Source of the DNA: Girardia tigrina
Taxonomy: Eukaryota
Direction of reading: 5' to 3'
Assembly (NCBI GenBank): GCA_001938485.1
Contig: MQRK01192887.1
Coordinates: forward strand, 1 to 56,269
DNA length: 56,269 nt
The translations under genes were made by a program, and so were the position numbers. Positions within the stretch are counted from its first letter, which is position 1; each line of letters begins with the position of its first letter. The notes beneath the pieces are model-generated. The model was given only the letters and a program-made list of their open reading frames with translations, was not told the DNA's origin and searched no databases. Shown piece by piece: positions 12,704-23,473 of the stretch.

Positions 12704-13312
12704 TTTCAACTTTAGCAAACTATAAATTTCAATTTAACAACGTTACTTTTAAAAGTGTTAGGGGTGATTCAAGACTTTTGACCGGTACTGTATATATACA
12801 TTGAGTGTCCTTTTCAAATCTTTTAAATTGTAAATTGTAAACTTTTAGCTCTTCCGTCCTAAAAAAATGGCGACCTCTGCATTAAGTCATTGATCGTAAT
12901 GGTCGAGATTTTCTATACGATAATCTTCAGGAAGATAGATTAATCGGAGTGTACTAATGGAGTTGCAAACCCAGTTTACCCAATTTAAAACCTGCATACT
13001 TTGTTCCTCGGACATCTGCCGAATGATAAAGTTCGATCCCGAAGACCTATCTTTTCAACACCCTTAAAAATTTCTTAACAGAAACAAATAAATGAACTGA
13101 GATCTCGCAGATCTATTCAAAATAAATTGAAGATGTCCATTGAAAACAATAATTTGAACATCTTTGATTCTTTTAATTTATTTTCTATAACCTTTGAAGT
13201 TAAAAGAATTAGTAAAATTTTGTTTAACTGTCTCATAATCTTAACAATTTTTATTCCTGTTAAAAATATGTTGCTTTTGTTAATGTCATTTGTTTTATTT
13301 TTTCTAAAGATA

Positions 13313-14528
13313 TTAGGTTGTTCGATATGAAACGGGTCAAACTTCACACCTTACATTTCAATCGCGTATAACTTAACTTTGAACTATCGTATGAAAATAA
13401 ATAAGGTATTTCTTGACAGATATNNNNNNNNNNNNNNNNNNNNNNNNNNNNNNNNNNNNNNNNNNNNNNNNNNNNNNNNNNNNNNNNNNNNNNNNNNNNN
13501 NNNNNNNNNNNNNNNNNNNNNNNNNNNNNNNNNNNNNNNNNNNNNNNNNNNNNNNNNNNNNNNNNNNNNNNNNNNNNNNNNNNNNNNNNNNNNNNNNNNN
13601 NNNNNNNNNNNNNNNNNNNNNNNNNNNNNNNNNNNNNNNNNNNNNNNNNNNNNNNNNNNNNNNNNNNNNNNNNNNNNNNNNNNNNNNNNNNNNNNNNNNN
13701 NNNNNNNNNNNNNNNNNNNNNNNNNNNNNNNNNNNNNNNNNNNNNNNNNNNNNNNNNNNNNNNNNNNNNNNNNNNNNNNNNNNNNNNNNNNNNNNNNNNN
13801 NNNNNNNNNNNNNNNNNNNNNNNNNNNNNNNNNNNNNNNNNNNNNNNNNNNNNNNNNNNNNNNNNNNNNNNNNNNNNNNNNNNNNNNNNNNNNNNNNNNN
13901 NNNNNNNNNNNNNNNNNNNNNNNNNNNNNNNNNNNNNNNNNNNNNNNNNNNNNNNNNNNNNNNNNNNNNNNNNNNNNNNNNNNNNNNNNNNNNNNNNNNN
14001 NNNNNNNNNNNNNNNNNNNNNNNNNNNNNNNNNNNNNNNNNNNNNNNNNNNNNNNNNNNNNNNNNNNNNNNNNNNNNNNNNNNNNNNNNNNNNNNNNNNN
14101 NNNNNNNNNNNNNNNNNNNNNNNNNNNNNNNNNNNNNNNNNNNNNNNNNNNNNNNNNNNNNNNNNNNNNNNNNNNNNNNNNNNNNNNNNNNNNNNNNNNN
14201 NNNNNNNNNNNNNNNNNNNNNNNNNNNNNNNNNNNNNNNNNNNNNNNNNNNNNNNNNNNNNNNNNNNNNNNNNNNNNNNNNNNNNNNNNNNNNNNNNNNN
14301 NNNNNNNNNNNNNNNNNNNNNNNNNNNNNNNNNNNNNNNNNNNNNNNNNNNNNNNNNNNNNNNNNNNNNNNNNNNNNNNNNNNNNNNNNNNNNNNNNNNN
14401 NNNNNNNNNNNNNNNNNTGTGTTGACAACATGGGGGGATATTTTGATTAAAAATAAAATGTTATTATTTAAAAAAAATCGATTTACATTTTACTTTAATT
14501 TTGACCCGTTTCATATCGAACAACCTAA
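13313..14528 (+). mobile_element. Young mariner element (interior in assembly gap)
   Basis: Perfect 29-bp TIRs TTAGGTTGTTCGATATGAAACGGGTCAAA, TA on both sides, ~1.2 kb; mariner C-terminus CVDNMGGYFD* just after the gap. Confidence 0.92.
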
Positions 14529-15044
14529 TATATAACGTTAACCATTTCAACTTGATTAATTTCATTTCATATATTTGCATTATGAGAATTTAGTTAATTT
14601 TCTTTTTAAAAAAAATTTTAATGACTTAGGAATGACGGATCTGCAACCACGAGGACATCTCCAAACCTCCATCAACAAAAACAAATAAAAGGTAAAATTT
14701 ACTAAGTCAAATTCTTTTACAAAATATATTTGATGATAAAAGTTCTGGTAGAGTGTACAAATTCAGACGAATTTATACCAATCTTTCGACACAAAAACTC
14801 ACAGAACCAGCAAACAGTCAATTTTCACAGTCAACCTTCAATCATCATCACTAAGTCAACAGTCCTCAGATAGAAACAACCCGGAGAAGGCCAAAATTCC
14901 GATCAAACCCACGTCAAAAAATCAGGCCATCAAATTCTCACAAGAAAATATTCAAATCGACAGGATCCAAGGGTCAAAACCAATTAAAAGTTTCTCTTTT
15001 TTAATTAATTAATTATAATATTTTATTTTTATTTTTTTAGATTC

Positions 15045-15941
15045 TGGGACCTTTTCCTTCACCTGCCTCGGTGACGGTGCAATGAATAGGCCCGAGGCCG
15101 ACGTGAAAGAAAAACTCACTGGTCCCAACACTCGTGTACTGCGCATTTCTACCACTTTCTGTCATAACTTCAACACGTCATCTGCTTTAGCATTGAAACG
15201 GAGTAGAGCTCGAAAATTACCATCATTGTTCTCTGGTTCACTTTCTAGTGCAATGAGACCAGAATCTCGATGCCCCCTTAGCACCAAGCCTTGCCTTCCA
15301 CACAACAGAACTGTTTCGATGATTGGTACTAGACTTTTTCTGTTTTTTTTCATTTGACGTCTTGCCTCATTGTCAATCTGGAGAATGACCGGAAGCTGCT
15401 TACCAGACACTACTCTGCTAGCGTTTAAGGCAAATTCCGCACAGCGTATATGATACAGACACTTCTCGTGTGTAGAGAAGCGTTCACACGTATCTTTCCA
15501 GTTATCAAACGTCATTGTGCACAACTGTCCTAAAGGCTGACTTCCAGATACTCCGGCAACTGGATTGAAAAGTAAACAGAACTTACAAAATGCACCATCC
15601 TGAGAGGCTGAATACGCTAGCCACTTCCACTGATAGAGCCACTTCTGTTGAAAACCCATGTTCTTAGGTCCACTTGGTGGAAACTTAAATTGGGGCTCCG
15701 GAATCCATAGATTCTCCAACATTTCTACTTTCTTGGGATCAGTCATAATGGTGTTTGCCCACAGTCCAATGTCAGTGACAGGGAAAACTTGCATGTCATT
15801 AACACAGGTTGAATTGTGCATGTTTACAGAAGACACTTGACACACGGGAATAATAGGGACGATGGATTCCGTGTCATCCGACTTCCGGGGTATTTTTACG
15901 AAATAGTTCAGAAGAAATACACTTGGTCTCTTAGAGCTCAT
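15045..15941 (-). pseudogene. hAT transposase N-terminal half (ZMYM1/THAP12-like, TTF zinc finger plus DUF4371-like region), truncated
   Basis: FQQKWLYQWKWLAYSASQDGAFCKFCLLF and LRGHRDSG...NDGNFRALLRF motifs. Confidence 0.85.
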
Positions 15942-16074
15942 TCAGTTGTGTTATATATTTGTATTAGAAATTCCAAAATTCAATTCAATTTTTATCAAAA
16001 ACTTATATTTGATCCAAATTTATCACAAGCAAATTTATTTAAAAAAAACAATTTCCTTTTTTTACATAATAACT

Positions 16075-16183
16075 GTGAGGAATATTTTAAATTTGGTATG
16101 TTGAAATTGGTTTGTTGAATTTTGTATGTTGAGTTTAGTATTTGGAAATGTGTTTCTCCCATCCAGATGGAAAATTGATATTT
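16075..16183 (+). promoter_or_regulatory. Conserved block A, module copy 2
   Basis: GTGAGGAATATTT..three ~14-bp T(A/T)TGTTGA units..GTGTTTCTCCCATCCAGATGGAAAATTGATATTT. Confidence 0.55.
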
Positions 16184-16507
16184 TAGATGTTCACGATAAA
16201 TAATTATTCGAGTATAATTTACATTTTAAAGTACAGCATAAGATATTTAAAAACTTTAAGAATATTAAATCGTTTCAAATTTTCATATTAAAATTTAAAT
16301 AAAGTAAATAGTTTTAACTAAGTTTTGAATTAAATAAATGTTCTTTCTTTCCATAAAATAATTTTTTAATTTAAATTAATATGTAAATAAAATTATTACT
16401 AAAATTACAAAATTAGGACTTTAAAAATAAAATCTGAAAATAATGAAAAATTTGTTCGAATAGTTGTTTATTAAAAAATATTAACTAAAAGTTATCAATT
16501 TAGAACG

Positions 16508-16609
16508 ATGTCGAATTACGAAAGTTTTGCTGAGATTTGTCCATAAGACAATTCTAATTGTATTGAAAATAAAAGTTCGAAAACCCATGGTGATGTTCTT
16601 AATAATAAC
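16508..16609 (+). pseudogene. Short ORF family member 2, premature stop at codon 13 (MSNYESFAEICP*DNSNCIENKSSKTHGDVLNNN)
   Basis: Close paralogue of 5967-6080; TAA at 16544-16546 replaces AAG. Confidence 0.5.
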
Positions 16610-16711
16610 CTTTTTAAAAAAGGTTATTTCATTAAAATTCTTTTTCATTAATTTTATAATAAAATTTTAACAATCTTAATCAAAATTTTAAGTTTTTCGG
16701 TTCATATATTT

Positions 16712-17156
16712 TTTCTGGTTGTCCAAGTGGAACAAAATGCCATAACACTGCAAAAATAAAGTGACGTAAAATGAGACAAAGAATGAGAAATGTATGTGTG
16801 TGTAGTCTGGAATGGAACAATTAACAAACTACGTGAAGTATTGAGACATGTTCTATCTACAGCCTTGTACCTATTAGCCGGCAGACTATACCGCACCATT
16901 ACGCAAGTGTGTGTTGTGACGAATAGATAGAGAGAAAGACAGGCAAGACTGAGCTCCCCACACCTCTGTCTATCTGGATACAGGTGAGGGTAGTACAAAT
17001 TAGAACTTGTATATTGTTAAGCCTATTTATATAAGGACAAATGCGTTGGAACAATAATGTTTTTATTGAAAAATGTTAAGCCAATTATTTTTTGACAACG
17101 TCAAGGNNNNNNNNTGGGGTTACAACCCCAAAACCCACCCCTTCCCTAAGCCACTG
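16712..17156 (-). mobile_element. Probable hAT terminal/subterminal region
   Basis: Ends ...CCCCTTCCCTAAGCCACTG (reverse complement CAGTGGC...), a typical hAT terminus; upstream of the hAT ORF on the same strand; small gap inside. Confidence 0.45.
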
Positions 17157-18349
17157 TTTTGTTTTAAATATTTGTTTAGGTCATAATAATTAATTATTTT
17201 TTATTTATCTTTCCATTGAGTTGTTTTTATTTTTTATTGAAAACAAAGAATACAAAAATTTCGAATTTTACATTTTGATTAATAATAATAATAAAAGTAA
17301 ATCGAAAATGAAAAACAAACATCAAAGGATATCAACATTATCTATTTTACATTCATTTTAGCTTCAGGAAATATAATATCATTATAAAATAATATCGTTT
17401 AAATATTCTATTATTATATATGATAAAATAAAAAATTACCCGGGTTTCATTTTGTGATTTTTTTATATTTTCTTTCTAAAGGAATATCAAATTTTTCTTT
17501 TTTTATTCTTTCTATTAATTTTTTAGTTAAAATTTCTTTATGAATAATCTATTTTATAAATGAAAAATAAAATAATTTTAAAATGAAACTATCAATATAA
17601 AATAAAATATTATATTATATTTTATTATTTATAAATCACATAAAATCAAAAATAATTCAAAGTAAACTTTAAAATTAAAACATACTTCTACTTAAATACA
17701 ATATTAATAAAATTCCTTACAAATTAGATGTTATTTATAAATTTTAAAATGTTAAATTTTATAAAATGTCATTATACATCAAATAATATTTAACGGAGCT
17801 ACGGCTTTCAGATAATATATTATTTTTGAAATGTCAATATTTATTTATTATTCAAAATCATTAAAAAAATTTAAGGCTGGAAGTATTCTTTCATTTTTTA
17901 TTTTAATAATTAAATATAATTAGTTTAACTCCGTATTATAAGACTTGAAAATTTATATTTTTGAAATATTCTTTTCAAAACCAGTTTAGTAAAACGATTA
18001 ACTGAGATTTAATTTATTTTTTTTAATATTTAAATAAATTTAAAATATTAAATCAAATAAATCATTTTTAAAACCTCTTTTAAAATACTAAACAAACATT
18101 TATATTGTCAAATTATCTTTAATCAAAATAAAAGAAAGGAAATTGTTCTTATTCTTCTTGCATCATTGAACTTTAATGGCGCTCTTTACCTTAATCTGAA
18201 CATAACCTTACTAAACCTTACCGAACCTACTTTGTCAAATAGTTCTAATAAATACTTTTTACTGAAATCGATTTTAAATTTACATTGACGATACATACTA
18301 TGAAGTAGATTAATTGTTCTGTAAACTTGTAACTAGTATAATATCTATT

Positions 18350-19820
18350 TTACAGGTGCTAAGATGTTGAAGCTCCATTACCAACATGCTTTCTATTTTT
18401 TAGAACGCGATATTTTTTTAATTTATGGTCCTATCTACTGCTACTGAAATATAATTTTTAAATATTGAAAATCTTTCAAAATAAATTCGCTCGTCAGATC
18501 TTAAGTCCATATTCAAGCGATGTGATGAGAGTCTTAATACGTATAGCAAATACGTATACAGCGTTGAAAAGAAGTGCGTTTTATCACAAGGTTTTCAGTA
18601 TCACGCCAGAAAGCTTCTGCAGGAGTCATTAATATGTAAACCCCATTTCTGTCAGTAATTTTGCACCGATTAAAAACTTCCACGGGATTGGGAGTGAAAA
18701 ATGGCAGTGTACATCGTGTTTTTGGAACTTTTACTATTGCTTTTGGCATTTGTGGATCGATGGTAGGTGAACTTTCATTATCGTCATCAATATCGCTGTC
18801 TTCACTTTTTGAATCTGAGTCCTCGTTTTTGATGTTGGAAGCTCATGAATGCCAAAATGTTATTATTATTTATTTTCTATTTATTAGTTATTTCTTCAGA
18901 AGTCCTTTTCGATTTTGGTAGTTTCCATTGTAGTGCTCTTCAGTGCCCTGTCTTCCTTGTGTTTTAGTTCGTGATCCACATCAAGCATATAATTTGGTCC
19001 TCCTTTTTTTACTCTGAATGATTAAGATGTTCTTATTTTCTTCATTTTTCAAGTGTTTCAAAACTTCCGAATGAGCTATGTCGAACAGATCATTCATATT
19101 ACATAAAAGATTTCTTGCTTTTTCTTTTTCTTTGCCTGCAACTCTAAGAAAATTCTTTTGTAAGGTTTTTCATTCATCATACAGAGTCAAAAACCTCTCA
19201 ACACAGCGGTCAGCTCCTTTAGTAGGAATTCTTAATTTTGCGAAAAAAATTGATAACTTCAAGAAATACAAGTATTGCACTTTCCTTTGTTATAAGTTTT
19301 ACAACTCTTACATTGTAGAAAAAAAACGCGTAAAACTTACCAGTTCGAAAACAATTTAGCTCTGACGATTTGATTTTAAATGTAGCCAAGAAGAGAAACA
19401 TGAAAATCTTTTTCTTAATTTCTGTGACGAACTCACAGACAAACTTGATGTCATTGAACAAAGCTAAAAAGAAGACAAGATAAAAGTCACTTTACACGAG
19501 CAGGACAAACCTTTTTTGTGACTCAAAATGAAAGAACATTCATTAAAACAGCAGCTTATTCAGTTATTAAATAGATTTAGGAAGCATATGACATAAGGTG
19601 GCCGTTATTTTAAAACATTTTGTGTGAAAATATCGAAACTTCATAGACAATGAGGATCAATTTACAGTTGTAAGATTGAGCTAAATTTTTGCATAGATCA
19701 CTTATTTTCATGATTGAACAAGAAATAAGTTTGGGATCTAAACAAATCGAAAGTGTAGTGTACTCGCGACTTCATAACACCAAACACGAAAAAAACATTT
19801 GCTCCGCATTTAGGGAGAGG
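18350..19820 (-). mobile_element. Decayed DNA-transposon transposase (possibly Spy/Sola-like; family uncertain)
   Basis: Minus frames give LRIPTKGADRCVERFLTLYDE*..MNDLFDIAHSEVLKHLKNEEN and FNRCKITDRNGVYIL..AEAF..LVIKRTSFQR, motifs typical of an invertebrate transposase family. Confidence 0.6.
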
Positions 19821-20502
19821 GCTTATGTAAAAGTACATATATTAATATTATACATATAATATATGTATATATAAATAATATATCAATATTTAATATTGAT
19901 TGAAAGTTTTAAATCCATTAATTACGGACTACAATTATATAATACTACCCATCAAGCATTTTCCTGTAAAACCGGCTCATAAAGGAATTTTACCGCAAAC
20001 CAACCTATCAATATTCCCCCTGAAGGTGCATCTCTCAGATAATCTATTTCCTCAAAATCTTGTCATGCAACCGAATAATTCTTTGACGTTCCCATCAATA
20101 TCGTTGCAACAGAAGATCGTTCTTTAGAAATCTTTGAACAATAGACACAAATCGAAACCGAAAATTATCCGTGCCATTCTCTCTCTCGTATGTGATTTTT
20201 TTTGTTATATATTGGTTGAAATAATTCACATCTTGATCGAACTTAAGCAGAATTAATTTAAGAAACATGTTTTTTTAAAAAGAAATTAAATAAAGTAATT
20301 AATTAGAAATTTTAGTTAAGTTAAAAATTTAAGTAAAATCAAAATTTAAATTTNNNNNNNNNNNNNNNNNNNNNNNNNNNNNNNNNNNNNNNNNNNNNNN
20401 NNNAATTTATATAATGTAAAAAGTTGGTTGTTTAAATAATAGCGGAATCACCGCACAATTTTTTAAAATAAAGTATTTCGTTTTCGATTGTTTTGAATTG
20501 AA

Positions 20503-20820
20503 ATGAAATTATTCGAAACAGAATTTATGATTAAAGAATCCGTTAAATCGGATAATTTTGAATCAATCTCCAAAGAAAAACTATTTATCAGTTTTATATC
20601 ACCAAAAGATTGGCAAAAGCATTTAAACTTTATTAATTCCGTTGTAAATGATACGGATAATAAGAAATTAATTAATAATCTTCGGGAATATTCCCGGATT
20701 TTCAAGAATTCATGTTCGTTATCATCAGTACAGAATTCCCTTACGTATGCCAAAGAAAGAGAACGAGAAAAAGTCCTCTTGAGGACTAAAATTATTGATT
20801 GGATGCGCAGTGCGACACAT
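20503..20820 (+). other. Orphan ORF or gene fragment
   Basis: About 105 open codons with protein-like composition in very AT-rich DNA; not recognised. Confidence 0.3.
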
Positions 20821-21940
20821 TTTTATACATATTTATTTTTATGTTTTTGTTACGTTAAAGGAATTAATTGAAACTCGTTTTCAGTTAGCTCTTTTACAGA
20901 AAGGTTAAAATAAGGGCTACCTTAATATTGTCGAAATAGGTAAGCTTGTACACCCAGGCAAACTTAAATGGAAGACACAGTGATCTGATAAGAAAAATTA
21001 AATAATTAATCAAATAAAAGAACCACAACCCATAAAACTATATTTGAATACAAAATGTCATCTGTAATTATTTCAAAAATAAACATTAGATCAAACAATA
21101 AATAAATTAAAAGAGAAAAAATAGCAACTTGAAATAAAATTAAAAAGCACCTTAACATCAGAAAGAAGAGCTCAAATGCCTTGCATTTCGTCCGACAAAT
21201 TGAAGAAAATTATATATTACCTTTCCGTAAACTTGTCACCGCTTTTCCGAGTTCATTTTCACTGCGGTAATTTTTAATTTAGACATTTTTCAATTTGGTA
21301 TATTTTTATATTTATGATGGAATAGGAGGAACCAAAATCTGCTAAAAATAAAAATATTGCCGGGAAAACAATTCTTTCATCCCCTTTGCTTCAAACTTTA
21401 ATGAAACAGTACATGCAGAAAACTAATTTTGATATTTTAGACTTAACGTTGAATGTCGAGATATTCTATATTTTTGTACAAGACAATTTTAGTCTTTTAT
21501 ATATTTAGATAAATCTAAAACTAAACTTTGAAGAAACGTAATATTATTTACTGTCATTCCTTTCCTGTTTTCCTAGCAAAATTCTATCACTTTGATCGGC
21601 CTACTGCCGTTGTATATAAACAGTAAACAATCGTCGAAACTCAGGACGTCTCCAACTAAACAATTAGGAAAATTATTCTCAACTATCAATGTAGTTTACA
21701 ATTTTTTGTTACTGAAAATATTGTGAATCGGTGAAGTTTTACCTTTGTGTTAAAAAAATTGATGCCTTTATTGCTTATTTATTTCATTATTTTTCTGCTG
21801 TGCTCTACACTACTTTTATTCTTGTCTTCGTTTATGCTTGGCATTTTCACTCTATGTGTAATTCACGTGGAAAGTTTCTTACACCTTTTATAGAATTGAA
21901 TAGGCTTATTTATTTTACAAATAATTTAATTTCATTGTAT

Positions 21941-22570
21941 ATATTAGGCCGTCCCAAAAGTCTTCAGGTGGCCTTTAAAAACACACTAATATTTTACCAA
22001 ATTTAACCAAATTTGGACTGAATATTATTCAGACTGTCATAAATACTGTGTTAAAATTTCAAAGAATAAAATTAAAAAAAGTAAAATTTTGTTTTATTAA
22101 AGTATTGAAATTTTAAAAGTGCAGCGAATTCAAATCAAGCGGTTTTTAACAATGGAACCAAATAAATGTTGCCAACATTTTTTTGTTCTAACTCAAAGTA
22201 GAAGAGGATTCTCTGCTTCAGAAATTCTTCAGCAACTTCAGCAGGCATGGGAAGACACAAATCACCCAGCACTGAAAACTATTCAACAATGGTTGACTGA
22301 TTTTAAAAAAGAAAAGCGGACGTCCTTCATCAAGAAGTGGCAGGCCGTCATTAATAGACGATGAAAAGATTAAAGCAGTCAAAGAAGTGATTGATGAAGC
22401 TCTAAATGCGTCTTTGGGTTATATTGAAAATGAACTTTCTTTAGACAAAAATAGTCCACAAAATTTTGCGTGAAAAACTTCATTGCAAAAAAGTTTGCTC
22501 TGTTTGGGTCCCTGACGAACTTTCTGCTGCTAATAAACAACAACGCATTAACACTGCTAAGCATATACGC
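21941..22570 (+). mobile_element. Mariner element, 5' half (defective)
   Basis: TATTAGGCCGTCCCAAAAG TIR-like start; HTH GFSASEILQQLQQAW..TIQQWLTDFK, then RSGRP and WVPDELS motifs across frameshifts. Confidence 0.85.
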
Positions 22571-23473
22571 ATATATAAAGTATTTTTAAATAACATTTTT
22601 TATGTATATTTAAATTGTAATATTAATGTTTCATAAATTAGCTAATCCACTATTAAAATAAGGCTAAATAATTTCTTGAAATATATTTATGTAACGAAAC
22701 TTCTGACACCAATACAAAAATGTATCAAATAATAATTTTTCATATGTAAATAATAAGAGAAAATATGAATATAAATGCGAATAAATACAAAAAAATTTTT
22801 TAGGCCTATTATTATTTATTCAAGTATTATTTGCTATTATTTCAAAAGATTATTTCTTTGATAGTGGATCATAACAAAAATTCAATTAAGGTCCTCCTAT
22901 TTCACTAAGACACTTAAGGACCCTCTAAAATATTTTTTGATTAGAAATTTCAGTTTTTTTTCAATATTCTTAACTGATTCAGCACAAAATTACTACTTAT
23001 AATACAAATAATGTTTTTTTAAAAGCAAGTTTTTTTCAAAAAAAAGTATTTACAGAAATGATAAATAAAATAAAATCAAAGTCCGAGAACAACGAAGGCA
23101 ATTAATGAAAATATCTTTTTTTCGCCTTTTTTTGTCAATGAACTAATTAATTAGGTGCAAATATGGCCGGGTGAATTTCCTTGTTAGTATTAGACGTGAT
23201 ATTTATGAATTTTTTAAAAAGAAAAAAAGTCAGCAAAAATTTATCTACAGATTAGACTGTAATATTTTTGTAAAAAAATGACCATGCATATGGAAAAATA
23301 AATTTCGGACATTTGGACTTTAACTGTCATTGACTAATTGGGGTTTTAGTCGTAAGAAGAAAATGCTGAGAGTGAAAGAAGAATAGATTTGTTTTTGCTT
23401 TGGTGTTCAGTTAACTCAACATCAAATTTATGGAAAAGAAAATGTTTTTTTTTCCAAACGCCTTTTATATTAA

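Larger units (their letters stand above)
11048..12790 (+). mobile_element. Full-length but defective Tc1-type transposon with IR/DR ends
   Basis: TIR (C/T)AGTACCGGTCAAAAGTCTTGA at both ends flanked by TA; inner repeats GGTCAAAAGT(T/C)T(T/G)GAGCCACT at ~11249 and ~12455 (reverse complement). Confidence 0.95.
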
